Source of the DNA: Microgenomates group bacterium
GTDB taxonomy: Bacteria; Patescibacteriota; Microgenomatia; UBA12405
Assembly: GCA_049303675.1 (NCBI GenBank)
Contig: JBAQNJ010000001.1
Span: 135,494-199,493 of the forward strand
Length of the DNA: 64,000 nucleotides
Direction of reading: 5' to 3'
The notes under the pieces are model-generated. The model did not search any database, was not told the origin of the DNA, and worked only from the letters and a program-made list of their open reading frames with translations. Numbering within the stretch: the first letter of the stretch is position 1; each line of letters starts with the position of its first letter. The position numbers were made by a program, and so were the translations under genes. Shown here one piece after another: positions 30,563 to 40,987 of this stretch.

Positions 30563-31921
30563 ATGGATCTCGATCAACTTTGGAAAAATACCCAAGAAGA
30601 ATTGCATGTTGTTGTCGCCTCATCTGTCTACCAAACTTTTGTTGTCAAATCCCAGTTGATTGCCCTTCAAAACAATACCGCCACCATTGCCTGTCCCAAT
30701 GGTTATGTCACCGACATGAATCAAAAGCGCTACTACAACTTTTTCAAAACAGCCCTCGACAATCAAACCAAATCCAGTAACAATCTAGAATTCATTGTCC
30801 AAGAACAAATTAAGATTGAATCCATCCCTTCTACTGGCCCACTTTTTACCTACAACCCTTCCCCAGTTCAGTCCACTAATTCTTCCCGATCCAACCTCCA
30901 CCCTAAATACACCTTTGAAAACTTAATCGTTGGTAACAGTAATAACTTTGCCTATGCCGCCGCGCAGGGGATAGTCAAGAATCCGGGTCTCTCGTACAAT
31001 CCCTTTTTTATCTGGGGTGGGGTCGGCGTTGGCAAAACTCACCTAATGCAAGCTATCGGTCACGAACTTCTCAAAAATAATTCCTCTCTTCGCATCCGCT
31101 ATTTTCCTGCTGAGACCTTTGGCAACGAATTAATTGCCGCCCTCAAATCCAAGTCCATTAATGGCTTTAAAGATAAATATCGCAATCTCGACTGTATTTT
31201 AGTTGACGACATTCAATTTATCGCCGGCAAAGATTATACTCAGGAAGAGTTTTTTCATACCTTCAACGCCCTCCACATGGCTGGCAAGCAAGTTATTCTT
31301 ACCTCCGACCGTAAACCTTCCGACATCAAAGACCTCGAAGACCGTCTTGTCTCTCGTTTTATGGGGGGACTCACTGTTGATATCCAGCCTCCAGATTATG
31401 AAATGAGATCCGCCATTATTACTCAAAAAGCTCAGGAAAAGGGGATAGACATTACCCCCGACGCTGTTCAATACATGGCCGATCACATTGAGTCCAACAC
31501 TCGCGATATCGAAGGTAAAGTTCAGGAAATTGCCGTCAAATCTATTTCCCAAAAGTTTCACACCGTCACTCTCGAATTTGTCGAAAATTATTTTAATCCC
31601 CTAAATTCAGCTGCCAACTTTAACTCAAACAACCACTCTCTACTCAACCCCCGCCATATTATTTCTGTCTGTGCTAAACAATTTAACCTCAAAACCAGTG
31701 ATCTTTGTGGCAACAGCCGTCAAAAAGATTTAGTGACCGCCCGCCATATTACTGCTTATCTTCTTCTCAATGAAATTCATTTGCCCTTAAAAGAGGTTGG
31801 CCATCTTCTAGGTGGTCGGGATCATACTAGCATTATGCATGCTCGGGACAAGGTCGTTACCGACTTATCAACTAATCCACAATTAAGATCACTTATCAAC
31901 CAAATCAAAACCGCTTTCTGA
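30563..31921 (+). CDS. dnaA: chromosomal replication initiator DnaA
   Basis: Walker A GGVGVGKTHLMQAIGHE, the AAA+ sensor and a C-terminal DnaA-box-binding HTH (HTSIMHA). Confidence 0.95.
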   Translation: MDLDQLWKNTQEELHVVVASSVYQTFVVKSQLIALQNNTATIACPNGYVTDMNQKRYYNFFKTALDNQTKSSNNLEFIVQEQIKIESIPSTGPLFTYNPSPVQSTNSSRSNLHPKYTFENLIVGNSNNFAYAAAQGIVKNPGLSYNPFFIWGGVGVGKTHLMQAIGHELLKNNSSLRIRYFPAETFGNELIAALKSKSINGFKDKYRNLDCILVDDIQFIAGKDYTQEEFFHTFNALHMAGKQVILTSDRKPSDIKDLEDRLVSRFMGGLTVDIQPPDYEMRSAIITQKAQEKGIDITPDAVQYMADHIESNTRDIEGKVQEIAVKSISQKFHTVTLEFVENYFNPLNSAANFNSNNHSLLNPRHIISVCAKQFNLKTSDLCGNSRQKDLVTARHITAYLLLNEIHLPLKEVGHLLGGRDHTSIMHARDKVVTDLSTNPQLRSLINQIKTAF

Positions 31922-31933
31922 TTCTGTCTCTAG

Positions 31934-31962
31934 TTATCCACCTTCAGTCTCTACTTATCCAC
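31934..31962. promoter_or_regulatory. DnaA boxes in dnaA-dnaN spacer (TTATCCAC at 31934-31941 and 31955-31962); candidate oriC with repeat-rich AT tract 32040-32270
   Basis: Two direct TTATCCAC(C) boxes, followed by an AT-rich region containing AATTCGT and AACTTTATR arrays (a possible DNA-unwinding element). Confidence 0.5.
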
Positions 31963-32216
31963 CTACTTTTCCACATTCAAACTTGTTTTTATCCCCCGAA
32001 CTTTACCCTAACCCACCCTCGTTTTATAAGACAAAACAACAAAATCTATTACTACTATCCAACTTATCCTACTTTTAAACACTCTTATTCTTCAAATTTT
32101 CGTAATTTTTAATTCGTAATTCGTAATAATTAATTGTTGTTCACTAATTCACCGTCTCTACTAACACTACTACTGTTCTACCAAGAGACTTTTATAAAAT
32201 CGCACATTCTCCTTAT

Positions 32217-32266
32217 GTTTATAACTTTAATAACTTTATGAACTTTATAAACTTTATAAACTCAGA
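32217..32266. repeat. AACTTTATR nonamer tandem array (family R3)
   Basis: ataactttaataactttatgaactttataaactttataaactc. Related arrays at 5331-5370, 27185-27225, 42709-42753 and 47311-47353. Confidence 0.8.
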
Positions 32267-32278
32267 TAAACTTTTCAC

Positions 32279-33403
32279 ATGAAAGTCTCTCTTCTTCAGG
32301 AAAATCTCAATCCAGCTCTCTCCATGGTTTCCCGTTTTGTGGCTCTTCGCGCTCAATTACCTATTCTTAGCAGTATTTTGTTTTCCTCCGACAATGGTCG
32401 GATTCGTTTGTCTGCTACCAATTTAGAAATGGGTATTAATTATTGGATCGGCGGCAAAATCGATATCGATGGTTCGTTTGCCGTCCCCTCCAAAGAAATC
32501 ACTGAGTTTATTTCTTATCTTCCTGCTGGTAAGTTAGATCTCTCTCTCAACCCCCAATCTCTTCTAGAAGTTTCCTCCTCCAAAGCCACTTCAACTTTTA
32601 CCACTTCTTCTCCAACAGATTTTCCCCTCATTCCCTCCATCAATCCCGACACCTCTCTTCAAATTTCCTTCAAAACTTTTTCCTCTGCCATTTCCGAGGT
32701 CGCTTTTGCCGCCTCCACCGATGATTCCCGTCCTGTCTTAACCGCGGTTCTGTGTATTTTTACTTCTACTACTTTCAAGCTGGTGGCTACCGATGGTTTT
32801 AGGTTATCAGTCAAAGAGATTGCTCTCGACGAACCTATTTCCTTGCCTTCTGGTACCGAGAACCTTACTTTCTTAATTCCCTCTAAAAGTTTGTATGAAG
32901 TTGGCAAAATTACTAAAAACATCGACAAAATAAAATTTGGTCTTAGTTCAGACACTCACCAATTAGTTTTTGTTACCCCCGATATTGAACTTACTTCTCG
33001 CTTAATCGAAGGGGAGTTCCCTGACTACAATCGCATTATCCCCACCAGCTTTTCCACTGTCATTAATTTATCAAAAGAAGAGCTTTCTCAATCTATCAAA
33101 ATTGCCTCTGTTTTTGCCCGCGAATCAGCCAATGTTGTCAAGCTATCAATTAAAAACAACTCACTCGAAGTTTCTGCCAATGCTGTTCAGGTTGGTCAAA
33201 ACAAGGTTACCCTCGATGCCAAAACCGATGGTGAGCCATTAGAAATTGCCTTTAATTACAAATATATTTCCGATTTTCTCAGTGTTTGTCAGGGGGAGAA
33301 TATTACCATTAGTCTCAACGAAGCCCTTACTCCAGGTCTGTTTCAAGACTCTTCCAATCCTACCCTTACTCATATTATTATGCCGGTACGAATACAGGAT
33401 TAA
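32279..33403 (+). CDS. dnaN: DNA polymerase III beta sliding clamp
   Basis: Directly downstream of dnaA. Three-domain beta-clamp length, with an N-terminus (MKVSLLQENLNPALSMVSRFV) typical of DnaN. Confidence 0.85.
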   Translation: MKVSLLQENLNPALSMVSRFVALRAQLPILSSILFSSDNGRIRLSATNLEMGINYWIGGKIDIDGSFAVPSKEITEFISYLPAGKLDLSLNPQSLLEVSSSKATSTFTTSSPTDFPLIPSINPDTSLQISFKTFSSAISEVAFAASTDDSRPVLTAVLCIFTSTTFKLVATDGFRLSVKEIALDEPISLPSGTENLTFLIPSKSLYEVGKITKNIDKIKFGLSSDTHQLVFVTPDIELTSRLIEGEFPDYNRIIPTSFSTVINLSKEELSQSIKIASVFARESANVVKLSIKNNSLEVSANAVQVGQNKVTLDAKTDGEPLEIAFNYKYISDFLSVCQGENITISLNEALTPGLFQDSSNPTLTHIIMPVRIQD

Positions 33404-33466
33404 CTATTTCCAAATTATGTTTACCCGCCGTAGCCTTGGCGTAGGTGGGCCTGTTAGGATACAAGA

Positions 33467-33736
33467 TTAATTTGTAATAGCACTCTCTATTTTATCCACA
33501 TACAAAGTCGATCCGGAAAACATCCCTGTTACTCTAATCGGTTTTTTGAGGTAATTATCTAGATTTACCTTGTTACTAGTAATATTTACAATTCCCTCAT
33601 CTGTCACCAGTAAATATTCTTCGCCTGACTTTATCGATATAGTTCCCACCTTAGTCACTATGTTTTGTTCTAGTTTTTGACTCGTTGTCTGAGTTTTTGT
33701 TTGCAGTCCACATCCACTCAAAATTAATGTCGCCAA
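33467..33736 (-). CDS. lipoprotein (89 aa)
   Basis: Lipobox LILSGC followed by a short soluble domain. Confidence 0.55.
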   Translation of the reverse strand: MATLILSGCGLQTKTQTTSQKLEQNIVTKVGTISIKSGEEYLLVTDEGIVNITSNKVNLDNYLKKPIRVTGMFSGSTLYVDKIESAITN

Positions 33737-33798
33737 TATTATTCCCCATCCTATTTTTTTTATATAATTATTAATTATCTCTATTAACTATTAACTGA

Positions 33799-34155
33799 TC
33801 ACTGTTCACTGATAACTATTTTATGTACCCCTATCGCCTCACCAAATGAGTTAATCCACTTAGTAACTTCATTTGACGCTTCAGTCTCCGTCGCTCCATT
33901 TAAGATCATTTTTAGAGTCTTTGGTGCAGTGTATTTTTCCACCACAAATCCTTTACCATAATAAGGTAATTCTTTTTCCAGCGGATAATCATTATTTGGA
34001 ATCACAGTTGGAGTTATTTTTCTTTCTTTCTGTTCACTGTTAACTGTTAACTGTTCACTATCTTTATTTCCATATCTTATTTTAACTACTGCCATTATCA
34101 GAATTACCAATATCAAAATTACTATTACTTGATATTTTTCCATTTTCTTAATCAC
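33799..34155 (-). CDS. membrane-anchored hypothetical protein (T4SS-operon distal gene)
   Basis: N-terminal TM. Carries an in-frame TGTTMAC repeat insertion (SEQLTVNSEQKE). Confidence 0.4.
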   Translation of the reverse strand: MIKKMEKYQVIVILILVILIMAVVKIRYGNKDSEQLTVNSEQKERKITPTVIPNNDYPLEKELPYYGKGFVVEKYTAPKTLKMILNGATETEASNEVTKWINSFGEAIGVHKIVISEQ

Positions 34156-35084
34156 TATTTTATAGCTGAAACAATTAAAGTTATTTCTGCCTTACCTGTA
34201 GGCAAATCAGATTCACCCACTATAAAATAATATGGCCAGACTACATTTGTTTTAACATCATAAATATATTCCAATTCATAGCTGTTAACTTTTACCATAT
34301 CAATTACCGGATCTTCCCCACTTAGTTCCAATTTACTTCCACCCTCCACTCTCCAAATCTTATAATTATTTATTGGCAAATTTCTTAATTCACTTATAGT
34401 CAGGGTTTGTTTATCAATTGTTTTTTGCACCCTTTCAAAGGGTAAATGATTTTCTGTTTTAACCAACTTTCCGTTTCCAAAATAATCCGACTTAATCATA
34501 TATCCCTCAAAGGTCTTAATTGGGATATTTTCATAATAATAGTTTGCCAACACTTCTAGTGCATCATATTCTTTTTCATTTCCACTTATCCACCAGGGGC
34601 TCAAAAATTGTTTGTAGTTAACTTTTTCAACTTTATAATCAAAATTCAAGATGTTGCCCAAGTTCTTCATATTTTCCAAAAACATCGTTTTTATCTCACC
34701 CACTTGTTTGTCACCTCTTTCAATTTGGTTGGGGAATTTTATTGCGTTATCAAATTCAAAAATGTTTCTATTATCATCAAAATTAAATGTAATATTAGTG
34801 TTATAAATTTCCTTTGACAGGCTGTTTCTTATTTCAATCTTTTGGTTAATATCAATTTGTTTTGGTTCTACCACCAATACCTTGATGCTGTTATATTTTT
34901 TTTCAACCACACCACCCCAATCTATTATTTTAGGACTGTTCATGGCAAAATCGGCCACCGGTTCGACAATATTATTCAGCTGCAACTGAGTTTTATTGTT
35001 TATTGTTTTATTAGGCCAAAATATTAATGTCAAAAAAACAATTAGTAAGCCTCCCAATAATATCCAAAACTTTTTATCTCTCAT
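34155..35084 (-). CDS. bitopic membrane protein, possibly VirB8-like T4SS component
   Basis: Single N-terminal TM (FWILLGGLLIVFLTLIFW) plus a soluble domain. Immediately downstream of the T4SS hydrolase gene. Confidence 0.35.
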   Translation of the reverse strand: MRDKKFWILLGGLLIVFLTLIFWPNKTINNKTQLQLNNIVEPVADFAMNSPKIIDWGGVVEKKYNSIKVLVVEPKQIDINQKIEIRNSLSKEIYNTNITFNFDDNRNIFEFDNAIKFPNQIERGDKQVGEIKTMFLENMKNLGNILNFDYKVEKVNYKQFLSPWWISGNEKEYDALEVLANYYYENIPIKTFEGYMIKSDYFGNGKLVKTENHLPFERVQKTIDKQTLTISELRNLPINNYKIWRVEGGSKLELSGEDPVIDMVKVNSYELEYIYDVKTNVVWPYYFIVGESDLPTGKAEITLIVSAIK

Positions 35085-35092
35085 AATCTATT

Positions 35093-38000
35093 TTACTCAC
35101 AATTAATTCCATTTACTCCATTACAACAGCCAGTTAAGCTGTGTTTCAATCCTCCGATAGAATCAGAAATATCGGGCAATGACCCAGTAGCATTTCTAAA
35201 ATCATAATGCAGATGGGACCCAGTCGAGCTACCAGTATTATTTACCACTCCAATCAATTGATGATTAGTTACCACACTATTATTACTTACTTTTGGCCCA
35301 CCGTTAGGCATATGGGCATATCTTGTCGTAAAAGTTGTTCCATTGCACGTGCCAGTTACATCGACATAATTTCCATAAATAGAGTTGGATCCTACTCTGG
35401 CCACCCCCGCGTGAGTCGAATAAATTGGTGTCCCGTCTACCACTCCAAAATCAACCGCGTTAGGCATATTGGCATGAGAACACCCCTTAGCATACGGTCC
35501 CTGAGTAATATAGCCTCCACTCACCGGTCTACCCTTGGGACATCCTTCAGGTATTTTGATATTTGGGTCCAGTGTCGGTAGTGGCACTGTTCCCACCCAA
35601 CCCCCCGAATTTTCATCAGATATCTCACAGATTGACTGAGTTCCATCTCCATTATCAATCCCTATCAAGCTACTTCCACTGTTTCCTCCACTTCCACCAC
35701 TACTTTTAGTATGTATACTCGCCGGCATATTTCCAGGGACAATCCAGTGCCAAGTTGCTTCCATTTCCGCTTTATACGTTTTACCCGTAAAGCCGTCGAC
35801 CATTTTATTTGGATCACAGCCACCAGTCAAAAAATTAGTCGCAAAACTCAGCCAATAGTCATTTCCAATTCCCGGCTGACCTAGACACTTTGATGCCGGA
35901 TCAAGTTTCAAAAAGGCTACTATCTGAGCCACAAAATCATTTTTAGGTACATATATCACCCCAAAATCACTTACTGCTCCAAATCCCTTATAGTTGCTTG
36001 CCCCCGACTCGTGTAGCCACGTCCACAGAGCATAATCAGCATTTATCCCATTTGCATTAGCTCTCTTAACCACATCGTTAAAACATTTTCGGGCGTTTTC
36101 CCCGCCACCAGCTCTCCATTTTTCCGCCACGTTTACAAAATTTTCTTTATTCACCGTTACCCCTGGTTGATCAGGCACTGTCGGGTCGCAGTTAATATTT
36201 CCCGACGATCCCGCTACAATTGGTCCCGTATTTACGCAAATTCCACTTTCTTGGGGGATTCTCGGTGATACCAACGATGAAATTTGGGTCGAGGCTGTTT
36301 GAAAAATATTATAGCCAATTAGCGCTGCAAAAGTTATCATTATTATTGAAGCAATAATGGCAAAAGGTGCCCCCGCAATCATAGTTGGTATCGACAATAT
36401 TCCTGCCGCCAGTGCCCCCAATACCACCCCAGCTCCTTTTACCAAATTGCCCAATCCCTCTTTTAGATTATTGATATTTTTCGCCGATACAAATCCTGCC
36501 TTTTCCAACCAACCCACTACCTTATTACCAATCTTTTGAAAAATGTTTTTGGCCACCGACCATAAAATTTGTCCAGCTACGACCATCGCTGTCACCACCC
36601 ATCCTCCTGGCCCTGTCGCCACCCCAGCACCAACTAATACCGCATCTCCCGCCGCTGCCCCTGCTGCGGCGGTCGTTCCCGCAGTTACCGCTGTTACGGT
36701 TCCTGTAGTAAATATCTGTCCCAAAATATTTTTTATCCCTTGTTGTAGTCCAAATTGGGCAATGTGTGTCGCCATTGCCTCCACCCCCACCCCGTTCATC
36801 AGAGCCATTCCAAAATTTTCCATCCCCTTTATCTTCATTATTCTGCCTACTTGCAATATTGCTCCACCTCCGATTTTCTTCACCCCAAAATTTTCTTGGA
36901 ATTGACTAAACTTTCTGATCATTTCCATTGATTTCATTAGCCCTGGGCTTCTTTTTAGGACATCGGTGGTATCCACCAAAGCCTTCATATTTTTGTTCTT
37001 TGACAACTTGTCTCTGTTCTTATCTACAAAATCCACTGTTTTAAGCACTGACCTCTTTCCAACCAACATTTGCTTTAGGACAGTTGATTGTTCAGCTGAG
37101 TCAGCTCTATTGGTCGGGAAGTTTTGTTGTTCTAGTTTTGTTTTTGTCTGGTATTCAACTACCACATCTTTTTCGTTTCCAAATCTCATCTCAATCAACT
37201 CTTTTATTTCAGCCACACCAAAATCTCTGCTTTTTACCAGACCTTCCATTGTCTCTCCAATCTTTCTCTTGGCAGAGTTGGTGTTTACTTGTGCCAACTG
37301 AACTGTTTTCCCCCCAGCCAACTCCACTGCTGCCTCAATTATTTCTAGTTTGCCAGACGGTGGATTTGTCAATTTATCAAATATTCTCTGCGATAATTTA
37401 TCTCCATTCTTGGCTATCACTACCTCTATTTTTCCTCTACTGTCTGGCTTTATTACTAGTTCAGGGTCATCAACTTTGACAGTTGGGTCGTCAATTACTT
37501 TTTCCAACCTCTCTTTCACTATCTGACGGATTTCTTCTACATTCTTTGGCGTCAAGTGTATTTCATCTTCATTGGCCCCTCTAATATTCTCAATAGTCAC
37601 TTCCACTATTTCGTCCATTATTCTTTCTGTTTCAATTGTCGCCCGATTAATTTCCACCAGTTCCTCGAAAAAATCGTTACTTTCTTTTGGGAGGCTAGGT
37701 ATTTCTATCCATTCTCTCTTCTCTTCTGCTGCTTCTACTATCTCTTGCGCAATTTTAATCGTCTCTTCATCTACTTCACTTTTGTTTTCCGCGTTAACTA
37801 CAATCTGTTCAGTCCTGAGTATTCGGTCAGACAACATGTCTGCTTCTTCTGCTGATTTCCCTTCTGATCTTAATACATTCTCAATCCTGGCTTTTTCTCT
37901 CAGTTCTCTCAAGACATCACTCACCCTTACCTCTCTTAACAGTGGGTTTTTAGACAGTTTCTCCGCCTGTTGCTGTTCATTCGCAATGCTCTCATCGTGT

Positions 38001-38341
38001 TCTTCCAACAATATTTTCAAGTCTTCAGAATTCATTGCTCTCGAACCTGGTGGATTTTCTGGGGCCTTATCTTCAGCAGTCAACATATCTTCTAGGTCAG
38101 TATCTTGCCCTATCTCACTTTCTTCTGTTTCATGTTCTGGCATCGATTCCAGTATGTTTGCCATTTCTGCTGGATTATTTGGGTCAGGGTCAAAAGTATC
38201 TCCAAATCTCTCAAAAACAGTTTTGCATACCAACCAAAATTCCGGATCATTACTTATTGTCTCGTTCGCCCTCTCAAATTCTCGCAATACTGCCACCACA
38301 TCGGCAATAGTTTTTAGGGATTTTATCTCGATCTTGTTCAC
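35093..38341 (-). CDS. T4SS-associated peptidoglycan hydrolase (PrgK/CwlT-like) with C-terminal M23 peptidase domain
   Basis: Acidic coiled-coil N-terminus, a Gly/Ala-rich TM region, a lysozyme-like segment and an M23 HxH motif (GSHLHYDF) near the C-terminus. Confidence 0.6.
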   Translation of the reverse strand: MNKIEIKSLKTIADVVAVLREFERANETISNDPEFWLVCKTVFERFGDTFDPDPNNPAEMANILESMPEHETEESEIGQDTDLEDMLTAEDKAPENPPGSRAMNSEDLKILLEEHDESIANEQQQAEKLSKNPLLREVRVSDVLRELREKARIENVLRSEGKSAEEADMLSDRILRTEQIVVNAENKSEVDEETIKIAQEIVEAAEEKREWIEIPSLPKESNDFFEELVEINRATIETERIMDEIVEVTIENIRGANEDEIHLTPKNVEEIRQIVKERLEKVIDDPTVKVDDPELVIKPDSRGKIEVVIAKNGDKLSQRIFDKLTNPPSGKLEIIEAAVELAGGKTVQLAQVNTNSAKRKIGETMEGLVKSRDFGVAEIKELIEMRFGNEKDVVVEYQTKTKLEQQNFPTNRADSAEQSTVLKQMLVGKRSVLKTVDFVDKNRDKLSKNKNMKALVDTTDVLKRSPGLMKSMEMIRKFSQFQENFGVKKIGGGAILQVGRIMKIKGMENFGMALMNGVGVEAMATHIAQFGLQQGIKNILGQIFTTGTVTAVTAGTTAAAGAAAGDAVLVGAGVATGPGGWVVTAMVVAGQILWSVAKNIFQKIGNKVVGWLEKAGFVSAKNINNLKEGLGNLVKGAGVVLGALAAGILSIPTMIAGAPFAIIASIIMITFAALIGYNIFQTASTQISSLVSPRIPQESGICVNTGPIVAGSSGNINCDPTVPDQPGVTVNKENFVNVAEKWRAGGGENARKCFNDVVKRANANGINADYALWTWLHESGASNYKGFGAVSDFGVIYVPKNDFVAQIVAFLKLDPASKCLGQPGIGNDYWLSFATNFLTGGCDPNKMVDGFTGKTYKAEMEATWHWIVPGNMPASIHTKSSGGSGGNSGSSLIGIDNGDGTQSICEISDENSGGWVGTVPLPTLDPNIKIPEGCPKGRPVSGGYITQGPYAKGCSHANMPNAVDFGVVDGTPIYSTHAGVARVGSNSIYGNYVDVTGTCNGTTFTTRYAHMPNGGPKVSNNSVVTNHQLIGVVNNTGSSTGSHLHYDFRNATGSLPDISDSIGGLKHSLTGCCNGVNGINCE

Positions 38342-38349
38342 TTCCCAAA

Positions 38350-40959
38350 TTATACATTACCAAACAGCTTATCGTAATCCATATTTGGCGCATTATTCTG
38401 GTTACTTACTGGTTTATTGTTATTTGGTAATTGGTCATTGTTTGGAATACTTGGAACTTGGTCTATTGGTTTATTTTCAAACACAGGAGTTATTTTTTTG
38501 GCAAACTGTGGCGGTTGGGGTATTTTTACCTCTTCCTTTGGCAACGTTACAAAAGTGGGCTTATTACCTTGAGGTTGTACAACTTCAGTTTTAACATCTC
38601 CCTTGTCAAAGGCGTGTGGTCCCAGAAGTGGGAGAGAAGCCGCCGTAGGCGGAGAGGGATTGAATTTTGGTGCTTCAAACTTAGGTAGGGGAGGCCCTTG
38701 GCTCGCCGGAGCATTAAATTTTGGCAAAGGCGGCAGTGGTGGTAATTTATTTTTGTTGATAAACAAGTCTTGATATTTTGGTAGCGACCCAAATCCACCC
38801 AAAGTACCCTGCATTTTTTTCTTCTCATCCTCAGCTTTATTTTTTTCTGCCGTTTCTACTTCAACCTTTTGTTTATGTTCATCAACTTTTATCTTTTCCG
38901 CTGCTTCCATTTCTTCAATTCTTTTTTGCAAATCATTTTGTACCACCACTTCTACTTTTGGTGGAGCGACTATCTCAACTTTTGGTATTTCTACCACAAT
39001 TGGTTGGGCCACAGCTATCGGGATAGTTGGTTTATTAGTAGGTGGTATTTCCCCAATTGGCTTTTGAACAATATTTTTTACAATCTCACTTACCGAGGTT
39101 GTATTTATACTTTCAACCTTTGTTTTAACGTTTGTATTTTGAGTTTTGAATTTTTCCAGTTGTGCCTTCATCCTCATTACTTCCTCTGGATTTGAAGTAA
39201 TTAGTTTATGTTCTTCCTCCGAGGCCACTACCCTTATTGCCACATGATTTTGTCCGGCAAAAAATATTCCCTCCCCCTTGTCCGCCGACAGCAGTAGTTG
39301 TTTTTCCCCTTCACTTAGGTAAAAAACTTCTCCAATCTGATCTATGGCAGCGCTGTGTTGTTTCAGTAGTATTTGAATAGCACTGTTAGTCACTATCTCT
39401 TTTCCATAAGCTGTCTCCAAAAAGTCGTCCACATCTTGAGTAATTGTGGTCACACCGAGATAATACTTTCTGCCTCGCTTGACTATCCCACGGAGGAACG
39501 CTGCCGAGTCTGGATATTGCATCAAATACCATGCCTCATCCACCACCAATATCCTTCGTCTCATTTCTTTTTTCACTACCGTCCAGATATAGTCCAATAT
39601 AATATGCATGGCTACCGGCCGAAGTGAATCTTCCAAATTTTTTATACCAAACACCACAAATTCCGATTTTAGGTTTACAGTAGTCTTTTGGTTAAATATT
39701 CCTGCAAATGATCCCTTAATAAATTTTTCCAATCGGGCTGCCATCATCTGGGCTTGCTTATCCTCCATTCCAATTAGTGATTTATACAAATCCTCAATCA
39801 ATGGTGGCTCCTTAGTCTGAGTCTCTGGATCGGGGGTAATCCCCTTCATTTTATAAGCATCCATTACCGCTCGATCCAATATTGATTCCTCAATTGGATC
39901 CATCTCTCCCATCATTACTTTCAATAGCTTATGTATCCCCAATATTTTTGAATTTAGAGCGTTGTCGCCCTCATCCACCACCAGTGACAGGTCAAAGGGA
40001 TTTATTTTTGAGGCTTCCCCATATCCAAAGGCAATATATTGCCCTCCTACCGATTCGCACAAATCTTTGTACTCATTTTCTGGATCAATTACAATTATGT
40101 CTGTCCCCATCATCAGTGATCTCATTACTTCTAGCTTAATCATGTATGACTTACCGGCTCCTGCGGTAGCAAACACCACCGAGTTATAGTTCTGCATTGA
40201 AAACCTGTCAAAAATAACCAATGATCCATTGTGTTCATTAATGCCATACATTATTCCCTTATCATCCGACAAATCAGAAGATACAAAGGGGAACGTTGTC
40301 GCTAGGGAAGTTGTGTCCATATTTCTCGTTAGGTTTAGCCTGTCAGTCGCAATCGGCAGGGTAGTTATGAAGGCATTTTCCGAGTCATAGGTAGTTTTTT
40401 TGGTTAGCACCATTAGCGCCCCCATAGCTGCTTCCAAGTTTTTAGTCACTCGGTCCATTTCTTCTTTGGAGCTGGCACTCACCGTTATATACAATCCCAT
40501 TTGGAAAAATCTTTCCTCACCTTTTACTAGGTCTGCCTGCAAGTTGAGAGCATCCTCCAATTTTGCCTGTGTTGCCGGATTAACAATTCTACCTCTTTGA
40601 ATATCTGTCGTCAGCTCCGCCTCCATTTCTGTAATTTTTCGACGTAAATCATCTAGTATCTCTTTTCCATCAGAGGGATAAATGTACATCGCTACTGTCA
40701 ATGAGGCGTCAAAATTAATCAGAGTTGATAGCCAATTGATTTCCACAAACCGTCGATTAATGACCGTAAATAAGGTTCGATAATATTTGGTTCCAATTCT
40801 TATAAAATCCGTTTCCACTTCTAGCGCCCCTGGGGCGATAATATCTTTGGTCGACACTAGTCCATCCACAAAATTCCTCTCACTAGGTTTTTTTTGCTCC
40901 ACCACCGGCACCACCGGTTCAGTATTCTTTTTTTTATTTATAATATTAAAAATATTCAT
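38350..40959 (-). CDS. VirB4/TrsE-like T4SS ATPase with Pro-rich C-terminal tail
   Basis: Walker A FATAGAGKSYMIKLEVM and Walker B RRILVVDEAWYLM. The C-terminal tail of about 250 aa is low-complexity and Pro-rich, and contains a GC-rich hairpin insertion (38598-38662). Confidence 0.85.
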   Translation of the reverse strand: MNIFNIINKKKNTEPVVPVVEQKKPSERNFVDGLVSTKDIIAPGALEVETDFIRIGTKYYRTLFTVINRRFVEINWLSTLINFDASLTVAMYIYPSDGKEILDDLRRKITEMEAELTTDIQRGRIVNPATQAKLEDALNLQADLVKGEERFFQMGLYITVSASSKEEMDRVTKNLEAAMGALMVLTKKTTYDSENAFITTLPIATDRLNLTRNMDTTSLATTFPFVSSDLSDDKGIMYGINEHNGSLVIFDRFSMQNYNSVVFATAGAGKSYMIKLEVMRSLMMGTDIIVIDPENEYKDLCESVGGQYIAFGYGEASKINPFDLSLVVDEGDNALNSKILGIHKLLKVMMGEMDPIEESILDRAVMDAYKMKGITPDPETQTKEPPLIEDLYKSLIGMEDKQAQMMAARLEKFIKGSFAGIFNQKTTVNLKSEFVVFGIKNLEDSLRPVAMHIILDYIWTVVKKEMRRRILVVDEAWYLMQYPDSAAFLRGIVKRGRKYYLGVTTITQDVDDFLETAYGKEIVTNSAIQILLKQHSAAIDQIGEVFYLSEGEKQLLLSADKGEGIFFAGQNHVAIRVVASEEEHKLITSNPEEVMRMKAQLEKFKTQNTNVKTKVESINTTSVSEIVKNIVQKPIGEIPPTNKPTIPIAVAQPIVVEIPKVEIVAPPKVEVVVQNDLQKRIEEMEAAEKIKVDEHKQKVEVETAEKNKAEDEKKKMQGTLGGFGSLPKYQDLFINKNKLPPLPPLPKFNAPASQGPPLPKFEAPKFNPSPPTAASLPLLGPHAFDKGDVKTEVVQPQGNKPTFVTLPKEEVKIPQPPQFAKKITPVFENKPIDQVPSIPNNDQLPNNNKPVSNQNNAPNMDYDKLFGNV

Positions 40960-40987
40960 TTTGTTATTTACTGTTAACTGTTCACTG

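Noticed and set aside
30563-31921. Alternative genetic code (UGA as sense), as in some CPR lineages
   Set aside because: dnaA and several other conserved genes terminate in TGA, and no conserved gene shows in-frame TGA. Standard code 11 fits.
37572-38594. 340-aa Ser-rich plus-strand ORF, plus other long antisense ORFs (1197-1793, 15344-15964, 19715-20323, 23259-24080, 36543-36905)
   Set aside because: Each lies entirely antisense to a well-supported gene (hydrolase, GH18, the 815-aa protein, ftsH, DUF4012). They have low-complexity composition typical of the shadow frames of purine-rich coding strands.
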